The notes below the pieces were generated by a model. It worked only from the letters and a program-made list of their open reading frames with translations, searched no databases and was not told the DNA's origin. A DNA stretch of 62,958 bases, the filler included, from Octopus bimaculoides (Eukaryota): NCBI RefSeq assembly GCF_001194135.2. It is 3 parts of 3 records of this genome, joined end to end, with 100 filler letters (N's around TTAATTAATTAA, not from the genome) between each part and the next. Parts side by side here need not be neighbours in the genome. Positions count along the whole stretch, not along the records: positions 31,237 to 61,442 come from NC_068983.1; 2 more parts are not named here. The stretch is one strand, 5' to 3'. This document shows positions 36,155 through 48,229 of the stretch, one piece after another. A program made the translations under genes and the position numbers. Numbering within the stretch: position 1 is the first letter of the stretch; every line of letters begins with the position of its first letter.

Positions 36155-36520
36155 TTTCTAGATCTTAATTGGTTATTCGGATTACCTGGTTCATATGCGC
36201 GAATGGATAAAGCATTAGCATCGTGCTAAATCCGTCATCGCCACGTATCGTACGCCTGCAGCGCATGAATGACGCTTCAACGAAATAGGAGATCTGTTAA
36301 ATTCGCATCTGCAGGCGTTCTTTGACATTTGTTCAAAAGTAATGAACGAAGGTTACATATGATGCAATGAGCAGCTATTTATTTTTATATTCATGTATTC
36401 ATAAAGCGCTAAATTTGACAGCAATAGTTTTAGCAATGAATTCCCATACGTAGATAACAAATAAATCATTTTGATAAGGCTCTCAATAATGAAAAATAGT
36501 ACCACTATAATGAGCCTCTA

Positions 36521-36876
36521 ACATCGTCTGTTATCACACTGGTTGATGTTGCGATGCAAATGAAATAGTAGATGGATCTACGTCGATTTTGACTATGAAT
36601 AAATACTTGCTGTTTCAATAGAATCTAGCTGTTCATTGCATTAGTATGGAAATGGTTGAATATTCGAAAGACATTTGTAAACTTGACGTAATTATCAGAC
36701 ATTGTCTGTTATCACACTGGTTGATGTTGCGATGCAAATGAAATAGTAGATGGATCTCCGTCGATTTTGACTATGAATAAATACTTGCCCTTTCAATAGA
36801 ATCTAGCTGTTCATTGCATTAGTATGAAAATGGTTGAATATTCGACAGACATTTGTAAACTTGACGTAATTATCAG
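36521..36876. repeat. Tandem duplication, 2 x 178 bp
   Basis: 36521-36698 vs 36699-36876, with 6 substitutions counted by eye. Confidence 0.95.
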
Positions 36877-37150
36877 GCGGAATCAGAATGAATGACGTGA
36901 CTAGGCCGAATCTTTAAATTACAGACGCAATTAAGCCTCCAATGGGATCCCACACATTTTCAGTGATCCAGTTTCATTCACAAGCCTTGAGTTACCCCAA
37001 ATTTTGTGAATGAATAAAATATCATTATATGTTGTAAAGTATAAAGATATTTTCAAAGAGAATAAGAATAAACGAGGAAGATTAATGTTATTGGTTTCTT
37101 GTTCTGCTTCAGGGCTATTTTTTAAGATAGAGGGGCAGCGACAATAGCAA

Positions 37151-37231
<81 letters not shown>

Positions 37232-37339
37232 CAGCAAGCAGCAGTAGTAGTAGTTTGAAAGGAGGAGGAGGATATTGCATGATACATGTTTAAATTTTAG
37301 ACTTCCTAATCTGTGGAATTATTCAATATTCCTATAAAG

Positions 37340-38100
37340 CACATGAGATGTGAATTGAATTATAACAGAATTGAAAGACGGAAAGCAGTGTAACTTGAAC
37401 CACAAGCCATTGCATTAGCTTTCATTATGATGGCTATGTTCTTTTGCAACCCAAGATCTAGAAACAACAGCGGTTATATATGCTGCTCAAGAGAGAATAA
37501 AGATGTTAATAAAATGCCTAGATTTGACAACCGATGCAGACTCTGTAGAATTAAAACAGCAGATATAACCCACATCATAAGCAGCTGTCAGGAAAATGTC
37601 AACATAATTCTATCTACCTATGAGGCATGATGTATTAGCTAAAACGCAACAAAATGTCATTCTTCGTAAGAATAGAGCTGAGGATAAAAATATAAGAATT
37701 TACATTGATATGGATAGCATAGTCATTCATAATATGAAGGAATACTGGAGGAATGTTCAGGTCAGAGCTTCTGTAAAACGTAAGCATAACAGCACAGACT
37801 TCAAGATATGGAACAGAGATAAGCGAGTATAGGGGTAAAAGTCAGCTGTTCAGGCGATATTGATATAATGTTAGAAGTAAAGTAACAGTAAACATATATA
37901 GGGAATTAGCAAAAATCTACAAATACTGCGTACTATAAATGCTATGATTCTAATTTTAAGATTTTAACTGTGGTTGTTAGAGCTAGGGGTTATGTAAGTA
38001 ACAGTCTTAGGACCAATCTTGAAAAGCTAGGCTTCACAAAAATAGAAATTACTTAGAAAATGTGCAAAACATTCTAGAAGTTTTTGCCTAAAGGAAGTAG
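37340..38100 (+). mobile_element. R2/R4-like (RLE-class) retrotransposon 3' fragment, old
   Basis: FDNRCRLCRIKTADITHIISSC..MRHDVLAKT..EYWRNVQVRASVKRKHNSTDFKIWNRDK..KILTVVVRARGYV..NLEKLGF. Confidence 0.8.
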
Positions 38101-38294
38101 AAGTGTACACGTATAATCGTGTAAACATTATTCATATCTATGTAAACAGAGATTTGCACAATGGCAAAGATACACACACATACACTCACACACACACACA
38201 CACACACATAGATGCTCACGCACATCCTTCATTCATACTAACTTGCCAACATCCATTTATATATAGATACGTATATACATATTATATAGGCATA

Positions 38295-38447
38295 GATGTT
38301 GATGTCTCGTTAAAAAGCTTCACACCCACACTTAGGTCTAGTCTCCCATTGCAGCGCTTCGGGAAAGTATTTTCTACTGTAGCCCATGGGATAAATAATG
38401 CATAAGGAGTGAATTTGGTAGACGGATACTGTATGGAAGCTCGTCAT
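38295..38447 (+). mobile_element. SINE family A-like 5' half, very old
   Basis: ..GGGAAAGTATTTTCTACTGTAGCC..GAGTGAATTTGGTAGACGGATACTG..GAAGCTCGTC. Confidence 0.6.
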
Positions 38448-38693
38448 ACATATATATTACCATTCGGTTGGTATCTGATGAAGAATTAGGGTCTTCTGTG
38501 TCTGTCCTACGTGTACGTTTTTTAGCTATAGTTGTTTATTTAATGACTTTTTCATTTATTGAATAACTGAACGCCACGCATCCCGACTTTTGTTAACAGT
38601 ATGTGTGTGTGTGTGTGCAGGTGTAGTTATATGGTTAAAGAAGTTCNNNNNNNNNNNNNNNNNNNNNNNNNNNNNNNNNNNNNNNNNNNNNNN

Positions 38694-38739
<46 letters not shown>

Positions 38740-38925
38740 TTTGCATGTGTGTGTGTATGTGTGTGTGTATGAGCTAGAGGTTAAGACACCATCTATGGGA
38801 TATTAAATATCCAATATACTACTTGATGTGTACCTACGTATTTTTAACCAAGTGCATTACTATTGCATGGCAATATTGCAATTGAATACTAGGTATGGTG
38901 GGGGGGGGATTGGAAATTTACCCAG

Positions 38926-38981
38926 GATTTATAAGGCAAATAAGAAAGTGGAGCGGATATAAAATCGACAAACATCAGCCG
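38926..38981 (+). CDS. Very weak candidate exon (56 nt)
   Basis: TTTACCCAG| (G)FIRQIRKWSGYKIDKHQP |GTAACC. No homology recognised. Confidence 0.12.
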
Positions 38982-39649
38982 GTAACCATCCCATTATATG
39001 TATTCATTAGATGATAACAAACATGTGTTTAAGTGGTGCAAGTAAACGAATGAAATCAGCCAATAAATACGTAAACAGATATATATATATACACTTAAAC
39101 ACGTGTTTACTATTATTTGATAAATATATGTAATGGAATGTTTACTGGCTGATGTTTGTCGATTTTATATCCTCTCCATTTTATTATTTGCCTCATATAT
39201 ATNNNNNNNNNNNNNNNNNNNNNNNNNNNNNNNNNNNNNNNNNNNNNNNNNNNNNNNNNNNNNNNNNNNNNNNNNNNNNNNNNNNNNNNNNNNNNNNNNN
39301 NNNNNNNNNNNNNNNNNNNNNNNNNNNNNNNNNNNNNNNNNNNNNNNNNNNNNNNNNNNNNNNNNNNNNNNNNNNNNNNNNNNNNNNNNNNNNNNNNNNN
39401 NNNNNNNNNNNNNNNNNNNNNNNNNNNNNNNNNNNNNNNNNNNNNNNNNNNNNNNNNNNNNNNNNNNNNNNNNNNNNNNNNNNNNNNNNNNNNNNNNNNN
39501 NNNNNNNNNNNNNNNNNNNNNNNNNNNNNNNNNNNNNNNNNNNNNNNNNNNNNNNNNNNNNNNNNNNNNNNNNNNATATAGGGTTATCCATAGATAAATA
39601 CATGCACTTATACATGCATACCAACATACACACAAAAATGTGAATTATG

Positions 39650-40055
39650 AATGCTTCTCTTATACACGTTGTGTTATTCCAGTGTCCAGCATGGTTTGCC
39701 TTTCGGGTTGATATATCATTGTCTTTGCATGTACACTCACTCCAAGATAAGTGAGAATTTTGACTTTCTGCAAAGGTGTGTATCTGAATGAGTTTCTAAT
39801 TAAAGCTTCTGTATTCAGTCTTCCCAGTATTCACATAACAACTGAACCCAGATGCTGCCTCATCTAATGCATGCAGTAGTTTTCCAGCATTTCTTATCTT
39901 GTCAGCAAATAACGGCAAGTTCGTCTACGTAGACAGCATCAGTGATCTTCTTGTATGGATACTTCCAGCTTCTAGTTTTCAGTAGAATAAAAATCAATGT
40001 TACTGTGAGGATTAACAGATGTACGTAAAACATAGTTCACTGCATGCCCCCATGA
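39650..40055 (-). mobile_element. RTE-group LINE, inverted 5' segment (RT motifs 5-7)
   Basis: Minus strand YPYKKITDAVYVDELAV/FADKIRNAGKLLHALDEAAS..VNTGKTEY..QKVKILTYLGVS. Confidence 0.8.
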
Positions 40056-40471
40056 AAAGGGAATTCTTCAGAGCCACAGTAGAGTCAATTCTTTTTTACG
40101 TTTCATCAGTATGGACTCTGATAAAAAAAGATCGAAAGCAAACTTGATGATACCTACACACATATATTGGGAGAAGTTCTTAACAAATCCTGGAAACAAA
40201 ATCCTACGAAAGAAGAGTTTTATGGAAATATCCCCATACGTATCATCAACCGAGAGCAAGATATACCGGTGACTGTTATCGAGACAATGATGAATTAGGG
40301 AGTGATCTCCGTTTTATGAATCCTGATTCATGAAAATTCTCTTTTTGGACTACACAGAATAAGGTGATATCGAGTTACAAATAGAAGACCTCTAAAATGT
40401 CAAAGAAGTCAGGAACGCTTGAAGAGAAAACACGGTTTCGGTCCGGGCAACCTGCCTGAAACGATAGATAG
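40056..40471 (+). mobile_element. RTE-group LINE, 3' segment
   Basis: FFRATVESILFYVSSVWTL..VLNKSWKQNPTKEEFYGNIP..ARYTGDCYR, with a short GATA tail. Confidence 0.8.
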
Positions 40472-40914
40472 AAGGTAGTTTTTGTTCAATATATAATTTT
40501 ACAACTGGCTAATATTAGGTAATGTTACATACAGTAGTTATGATTTATTTAATTTCAAATTTCTTGAGAACTGAATACAAATGAAATGAATACTAATTTT
40601 CAAAATGAAAATATGTATTACATTAAAATTAATTTGAATAAAACTAATTTAAGTATATGCAATAATATGTTATCAATAACAATAAAATTGTTTAACTATT
40701 AACAAGTTTATAAAAGTAACCTTATCTGATTTTATCAAAAGTGGTAAAAGTATGTTCCTAACATTACTTGTCATATTACAGATAACGTTCTCTATTATGT
40801 ATTAAATAAGGGAAATAAATCCAGTAAGATCAGATTTATCTGCCTATAGTAGATGGAGAAAGAAGGACGGGTGTAGACAATGCTATTCCAATTACTAAAT
40901 TGTGCTCAGAGCTG

Positions 40915-41409
40915 CAGATTAGCAGAATTGGTAAACTGTTGAATGAAAACGCTGAATGAAATTTAGTTAGGGTCAGTTACAGCATGAGTTCAAATGCCGA
41001 CTAGGTCAACTTTGCCACTCATCGTTTTGGGCCCCATAAAATAAAACCAGCCAAAGACTACAGTCGATTCAATCAACTAGCCACCCGCCACAAATTCCTG
41101 TCTTTGAATATTCTTTTCTACACAAGGCCCGAAATTTTGGGGGAGGGGGCCAGTCGATTAGATCGACACCAGTACGCAACTAGTACTTAATTTATCGACC
41201 TCGAAAGGATGAAAGGTAAAGTCGACCTCGGCGGTATTTGGAACTCAGAACGTAAAGACAGACAAAATACCGCTAAGCATTTCGCCCGGCGTGCTATAAC
41301 GTTTCTGCCAGCTCGCCGGCTTAATTATTATAATTATGATATGGCCACGAATGTCAGTGTCGTTAAAGTGCTGGACGAAATACTTATTTAGTTACATTCT
41401 TCTGCTTTC
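40915..41409. mobile_element. SINE B cluster: old + copy (40915-41105), young - copy (41108-41320), + head fragment (41345-41409)
   Basis: Family B motifs in both orientations. Confidence 0.8.
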
Positions 41410-41547
41410 NNNNNNNNNNNNNNNNNNNNNNNNNNNNNNNNNNNNNNNNNNNTTACATCATTTTTTTGTTTTTTTGTTTTTTGTCTTCAGTCTTTTCTTG
41501 GACGATTAACTAAGGACCAGACGTGTGTATCGCCGATATAATCTTTT

Positions 41548-41851
41548 ATGGTAATCTTCAAGTTTAGGGGATAAAAAAATAAATAAAAATATTCAAGGGA
41601 AGTAACTGAACGTCTTACCAGTATTCTCCGTACATCTCTGTTTAAAAATAAATCACACACGTGATTTGATTGACGTTAGGGTTAGGGTTAGGGTTAGGGT
41701 TAGGGTTAGGGTTAGGGTTAGGATTAGGGTTAGGGTGTGATTTATTTATAAACAGCTAGAAGAAAACGAATAATACTGGTAAGTCGTTCAGTTATTTCCC
41801 TTAAATATTTTTATTTAATTTTTTTATCCCCCTAAACTTGAAGATTACCAT
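41548..41851. mobile_element. TIR/foldback element with a central telomeric array
   Basis: ATGGTAATCTTCAAGTTTAGGGGATAAAAAAAT..GAAC G.CTTACCAGTATT..AAATAAATCACAC arms (~110 bp) inverted around TTAGGG repeats. Confidence 0.85.
41676..41735 (+). repeat. Interstitial telomeric repeat, 10 units (9 TTAGGG + 1 TTAGGA)
   Basis: Direct reading. Confidence 0.97.
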
Positions 41852-41921
41852 CTGTTATACCCCAACTCGTGAAAATAACTACGTGCGGTCTTGTGTTTAT
41901 GTTTGTTATTTTATATCATAC

Positions 41922-42070
41922 AAGTCGGCGGGATGGCAGAATCGTTAGCACGCCGAGCAAAATGCTTAGTGGCATTTCGTCCGTCTTTACTTTCTAAGTT
42001 CAAATTCAACACCGGCCGACTTTGACTTTCATCCCTTCGGGGTCGATAAATTAAGTTCTAGTGAGACACT
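41922..42070 (+). mobile_element. SINE B, 3' truncated at a SINE C
   Basis: B head and body to GTCGATAAATTAAGT. Confidence 0.85.
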
Positions 42071-42072
42071 GT

Positions 42073-42394
42073 GGTGTCGCAATGGCCCAGTGGTTAGGGC
42101 AGCGGACTTGCGATCATAGGATCGCGGTTTCGATTCTCAGACCGGGCGTTGTGAGTGTTTATTGAGCGAAAACACCTAAAGCTCCACGAGGCTCCGACAG
42201 GGGATGGTGGCGAACCCTGCTGTACTCTTCCACCACATCTTTCTCTCACTCTTACTTCCTGTTTCTGTTGTGCCTGTAATTCAAAGGGTCAGCCTTGTCA
42301 CACTGTGTCACGCTGAATATCCCCGAGAACTACGTTAAGAGTACACGTGTCTGTGGAGTGCTCAGCCACTTTGCACGTTAATTTCACGAGCAGG
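42073..42394 (+). mobile_element. SINE family C (tRNA-derived), cut by a gap
   Basis: A-box TGGCCCAGTGG, B-box GTTTCGATTC; high similarity to 44752-45139. Confidence 0.9.
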
Positions 42395-42936
42395 NNNNNN
42401 NNNNNNNNNNNNNNNNNNNNNNNNNNNNNNNNNNNNNNNNNNNNNNNNNNNNNNNNNNNNNNNNNNNNNNNNNNNNNNNNNNNNNNNNNNNNNNNNNNNN
42501 NNNNNNNNNNNNNNNNNNNNNNNNNNNNNNNNNNNNNNNNNNNNNNNNNNNNNNNNNNNNNNNNNNNNNNNNNNNNNNNNNNNNNNNNNNNNNNNNNNNN
42601 NNNNNNNNNNNNNNNNNNNNNNNNNNNNNNNNNNNNNNNNNNNNNNNNNNNNNNNNNNNNNNNNNNNNNNNNNNNNNNNNNNNNNNNNNNNNNNNNNNNN
42701 NNNNNNNNNNNNNNNNNNNNNNNNNNNNNNNNNNNNNNNNNNNNNNNNNNNNNNNNNNNNNNNNNNNNNNNNNNNNNNNNNNNNNNNNNNNNNNNNNNNN
42801 NNNNNNNNNNNNNNNNNNNNNNNNNNNNNNNNNNNNNNNNNNNNNNNNNNNNNNNNNNNNNNNNNNNNNNNNNNNNNNNNNNNNNNNNNNNNNNNNNNNN
42901 NNNNNNNNNNNNNNNNNNNNNNNNNNNNNNNNNNAT

Positions 42937-43352
42937 CCGGTTTAATCGTAATTTATACGCATATATTGTTTATATAATAAATTACGCTGTGCGTATCTAT
43001 GTATGTAACAATTTTAGAGTTCGGATTCTAGAGTTAGGGTTAGTTTTAGGGTTAGGGTTAGGGTTACGGTTACGGTTAACAGTCTAGTTAGTGTTAGGGT
43101 TAGGGTTAGGGGATTAATACGATATACACCGTTACAGCGCTAACTGTTTTCAACTGAATAGACGTCAGTGATTAGTAGAAATTATCGAAATAAGACAATT
43201 TTTACATGAAATAAATTCGAATACAAAAATATTTTTCTATTCTATAACACAAAATAGATAAGTATACGAAGTTTGAAAGTCTTTCCGTACCAAAAACACT
43301 ACATAAAACATAAATGAAGACTGGCGCCCCCGTTTTAAAATAGATCCAAAAT
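42937..43352. mobile_element. Second element carrying degenerate TTAGGG/TTACGG repeats (43034-43112)
   Basis: Interrupted telomere-like run. A putative end GACTGGCGCCCCCGTTTTAAAATAGATCC lies to the right, and the other end is probably lost in the gap. Confidence 0.5.
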
Positions 43353-43689
43353 GAGATATAAACAACGAAATAAAAATACAGACGAGTATCGAACTCATGT
43401 TTCTCTGCCCATGCCTAAATGTCCAATTTTGTTCAGCCATTCTTTCCATGCCACCCACTTTTATATTACGATCTCAATGGTAACACTGATTTACTCACCG
43501 ACAAAGATAGACTTTCGACGTATCATATTACAGTGTTACATTGTATTGAAAACAGGCAATGGACTTAGGTCAGTTAGCCTGACCTCATTTCAATTCATCC
43601 ATCTCATGATCTCATCAGAATTCAGATTCCTTTCTAATTAGCTGAAGTAATTACAAACAAATATTTTAGCGAAATTTTAATTAGAAATA

Positions 43690-43870
43690 TTTATTAATTA
43701 CATTTAGAAGACCAGACAAATAGAAGAGAGAATGTATATATATATCAAATCGTCTTAAATGTAATTATGGAAAGGAAAGCTAGACTCTGCAGTTGTGAGT
43801 TACCTCATCATCTATGAATAATCAGATATGTTAAGCAAAGAATAATGAGTAGTTATGTATTTAATAGCCT
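43690..43870 (+). mobile_element. Possible Penelope GIY-YIG C-terminal remnant
   Basis: Frameshifted RKARLC..YLIIYE*SDMLSK resembles the CxLC..EKY.II..LLNKRxE motif; very decayed. Confidence 0.3.
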
Positions 43871-44289
43871 AACGGCAATATGGCCTGCCACGCTTTATAT
43901 AATTGGCAACACGAAACCTGTCTCTAATTGCATAAAAATATTTGGTAAATAGTTTCGATATGCCGGGAGTCATCTGATGAGCAAAACAATAATGAATATT
44001 TCGCTTTAAAATATCGATGGTTCGATTTCTGAAACTAGCATTGTAGTTGGCAGTGACTAAAACATTTCTCTGCCAAAAGTTCAGTGGAACTCACAAAAAG
44101 TTTTGTCATGATATCTTAGTCTCGGGAGGTAGAACAATAGCCATGACTTTTTGGAGGGGCATTCGTAACTGGTGAGAAAATGTTATTCTCAGCTCAGAGA
44201 TATGGTAAGTCATATTACTTGTAACAATAGATTATCCTAAGGCCAACCAAGGTCCAGATCTACAGCAGTTATAGAATTTTTTTTTTCTT

Positions 44290-44505
44290 TTCTATTATAG
44301 GCACAAAGCGTGGAATTTTGTGGGAGGGTGCTAGTCGATTATATCGACTCAAGGACTCAATTGCCATTTTATTTTACCGACCCAAGTGGGGTGAAAGGCG
44401 AAGTCAACCTCGGATGAATTTCAACACACCATGTAAAGTCGGAAGAAATACCTTTACGTATTTTGTGCGGACGAAATACTTAGATGTATTTCTGTCGGCT
44501 AGCCT
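44290..44505 (-). mobile_element. SINE family B, old
   Basis: AGGCACAAAG..AGTCGATT..GGTGAAAGGCGAAGTCAACCTCGG. Confidence 0.75.
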
Positions 44506-44751
44506 ACTATATAACCTCTCTCATTAAAAATGAATAATCATTGCCCCACAATGCCAAATTGAGCTTCTATCATTGAGTGAACCCGAAGAAGAGCTGGGTT
44601 ATACTGCTTTTATACAAAAGTGTTCCCTATTAGTTTCATTTCTAATCCAAGTTTACTCTGATGTGAATTTTGGCTCTCTGACTTTACAACTTAAGATGGG
44701 AAGAGGTTTTGCTGATTATTTCTTCATTTTGTTGTTGTTGTTATTATTATT

Positions 44752-45139
44752 GGAGGCGCAATGGCCCAGTGGTTAGGGCAGCGGACTCGCGGTCATACGA
44801 TCGCGGTTTCGATTCCCAGACCGGGCGTTGTTTGTGTTTATTGAACGAAAACACCTAAAAGCTCCACGAGGCTCCTGCAAGGGATGGTAGCGAACCTTGC
44901 TGTACTCTTTCGCCACAAACTTTCTCTCACTCTTACTTCCTGTTTCTGTTGTGACTGTAATTCAAACGGTCAGCCTTGTCACACTGTGTCACGCCGAATA
45001 TCCCCGAGAACTACGTTAAAGGTACACGTGTCTGTGGAGTGCTCAGCCACTTGCACGTTAATTTCACGAGCAGGCTGTTCCGTTGATCAGATCAACTGGA
45101 ATCCTCGACGTCGTAAGCGACGGAGTGCCAACAACAACA
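44752..45139 (+). mobile_element. SINE family C, full length with (CAA)n tail
   Basis: tRNA-like head GGCGCAATGGCCCAGTGGTTAGGGCAGCGGACTCGCGGTC..TTCGATTCCC and tail GACGGAGTGCCAACAACAAC. Confidence 0.92.
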
Positions 45140-45197
<58 letters not shown>

Positions 45198-45206
45198 GTT
45201 ATTACT

Positions 45207-45770
45207 AATGCTGGCAGAATCGTTACCACGTAAGCAAAATGCCTAGCGGCAATTCGTCCGTCTTTATGGTCTGGGTTCAAATTCCACCGAGGTTCATTTT
45301 ACCTTTAATCTTTGCAGTTTCGATGAAATAGGTACCAGCTAAACACTAGGGTTGATATTATTGACTAACCATTCTCTCACCCCACATTTCAGACCTTGTG
45401 TCTGTGGTAGAAATGTTAGGTGGTGAAACTGTTAGCGCGTTGGAAAAATAGCTTAGCGGCATTTGTTCCGGCTTTTAACGCTTTGAGATCAAATCCCGCC
45501 AAGGTCAACTTTGCTTTTCATCCTTTCGGGGTCGACAAAATAAAATACTAGTAACGTACTGGGATCAACTAGCCTTTCCCCCAACATTTCGGGCCTTGTG
45601 CTTAAATCAGAAAGGATAATTACGGTGGAGAGATGGCTGAGTCGTTAGCGGTGCGTGCAAAATACTTAGTGGCATTTCTTCCAGCTATTTAAATTCTGAA
45701 TTCAATTTCCGATGAAGTTAGCTTTGCCCTTCGTCTTTTCGGCGTCTATAAAATAAAGTACCAGACAAGT
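45207..45770 (+). mobile_element. Three head-to-tail SINE B copies
   Basis: Heads near 45207, 45416 and 45622, each followed by a B-box and TTTCATC/TTCGTC body. Confidence 0.85.
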
Positions 45771-46334
45771 AATGATTTTCAGCAAAAATCCGAAACAATT
45801 ATTATCATTATTATTGTTATCTTGTTCTGAAAAAATTGAATAATACGAAAATCCTGTCTTATAATCTAACGAATACATTTTTGAAATATACGTGAAGGAA
45901 CATTGTGTTATTGTAAATTGTGTGAAATACTCCTGATGAATCGGTGGGGAGCTGTATCGTGATGTACGGTTGCCTAGAGTTTATTTATTTATTTGTATTT
46001 TGTAGACCTGCAAGAGCGCATTCTTCCCTTGGTTTGACTGTTGCCGATTTCTTCTGGGAAGAGACCAACAAACAAACACACTGAAACAAAAAAATATTAG
46101 GATCGAGCCCAACACAAGATTGGTACTTTCTTCATTAACCCCAAAAAGATTAAAAGCAATTGCAAACTTGACTCCGGCGTGGATGGTGGAATGACTGCAC
46201 CATAGCAATCTACTCGGCAATTTAGCGACTCGCTTTATATGTTTAATATATCAAAGTATGAAAGATATATCATTATGTTCTATATGATCATGTTTACGAG
46301 AATAAATTATCAATTAAGAAATAAAGTGAATTTA

Positions 46335-46970
46335 AGAAAGGGCTCAAGACCAGCTAGTTTTACGGAAGGGGTTAAGTCGATTACATCAACCCCAACGCTC
46401 AACTGGTAATTATTTTATCGACCCCGAAAGGATGAAAAGCAAAGTTCACCTCGGCAGGATTTGATCTCAGAACGTAAAGAGCCGGAAGAAATGCTATTAA
46501 ACATTTTGTCCGACATGTTATCGATTCTGCCAACTCGCTTCTTGATTACCATTTGTACTATGGGAACAAAGCCTGAAGTTCTCTGGGAGGGAGATAGTCG
46601 ATTGCATCGACCCCAATGCTCGAATGGTACGTATTTTATCAACCCGAAAAGATTGTTGAGCTCAGCGGAATTTGAACTCAGAATCTGAAGACAGTTGAAA
46701 TACCGGTACGCACTTTGTCCGGCGTGCTAACGATTCTTTTCTAATCTACACACAAGGCCCGAAATTTTAGGGGAAGGGGCCAGTCGATTAGTTTAAGCCC
46801 AGTACGCAACTGGTGCTTAATTTATCGACCACCGAAAGGATGAAAGGCAAAGTCAACCTCGGCGGAATTTGAACTCAGAACGTAGAGACAAAATACCGCT
46901 ATGCATTTCGTCCGGCGTGGTAATGTTACTGTCAGCTCGGCGTGCTGACGATTGTACCAGCTCACCGCCT
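46335..46970 (-). mobile_element. Three head-to-tail SINE B copies plus a duplicated head
   Basis: Reverse-complement B bodies at about 46335-46545, 46550-46740 and 46741-46930, with an extra head at 46935-46970. Confidence 0.88.
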
Positions 46971-47639
46971 AATTATGAAATAACTTTAAGTTGGAACAAA
47001 TTTCAGGGTATCATTACTCAATGTCTTATAGTGTTTCGTTTGTTTGATCGCTCTAGGTTTTCAGTGCAAATTACACCGAAAAAGGTCGCTTATTGTGGCA
47101 CCCTATTAGAATCCATTTTTTATATTCTAAATTGATATTGTTTTTTTTTTCTTTCCATCGCTACAATCTACCATTAGCTTAACTTCACCATTTACCCTTC
47201 ATAATTTTGTAATTGATGAAATACGCAGTATTTCACCGTAGCTCTCTCAATTGACCTGTAATTTTCAATGAGTTGAACTCGTGTCTGAATAACGTTATTA
47301 GTTTAGAAAATATCGAACGCATACAATTGCAATCACTTCCATTACACTTTAGGTTGAACAACAATACATAAAAACAAAACGAAGTTATAATACTTTTCTA
47401 ATATATCTTCTCTGATACAGAAAACAGCTGGCCAATTATTATTATTGAAAAGGAAGAACAGAATAACAAATAATATATATATATATATATATATAAAGAA
47501 ACGAAAGTGCACAATATATGACCGACCGTGAGTAATAAATGTGAATTTGTTGGAGGTGAATAATGTCGTATATTTATCTTTTAGACATCGCGTTCCTGAC
47601 TAGTCAAGTCAGCATTTTTTATATTACGTTCACTGTTAG

Positions 47640-47684
47640 TTGCGTCAAAATTGGCTTCGTCAGAAGACGTAACATTTAAAGGTT
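47640..47684 (+). CDS. Weak candidate micro-exon (45 nt, phase 1-1)
   Basis: TTTTTTATATTACGTTCACTGTTAG| (V)ASKLASSEDVTFKG |GTAAGT; only one frame is open. Confidence 0.25.
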
Positions 47685-48229
47685 GTAAGTTATCTCGTAA
47701 TATTAAATATAAATGTAGAGAGAATGTTCGTTTGGTTAATCAAAAAACTGAATCTGCTGTATTTGTGCTGTAAAATATCATATTATGTCTTCGAATACTT
47801 ACTCTGTTACTGAAAGATACTTAATGTTTACATATATNNNNNNNNNNNNNNNNNNNNNNNNNNNNNNNNNNNNNNNNNNNNNNNNNNNNNNNNNNNNNNN
47901 NNNNNNATATATATATATATATATATATACAATATATGAGTATATGCATATATATGTACGTGTATGTATATACGTTCATCTACATGTACATATAGATACA
48001 TAACTGGGTACATGACGTGGCAAAAGAACATGGACAAAATGGTAAACAAGGTGCAACAAACAAGGAGGATATATATATATATATATATGACGTCGCTGCT
48101 GGTGGCGATGCCGCAGTCGTTGTTGTTAGCGATGCTGCCATCCTTAGTGGTGGTGGTGGCGGTGATGGTGATGGAGGCTGTGTTACCGGCTCTGTTCTCA
48201 TGTCCACGGTCGTCATTGTTATCTGCCAG

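Noticed and set aside
43900-44030. CTGATGA and two opposed CGAAAC motifs suggesting hammerheads
   Set aside because: Stems I and II could not be assembled consistently on either strand.
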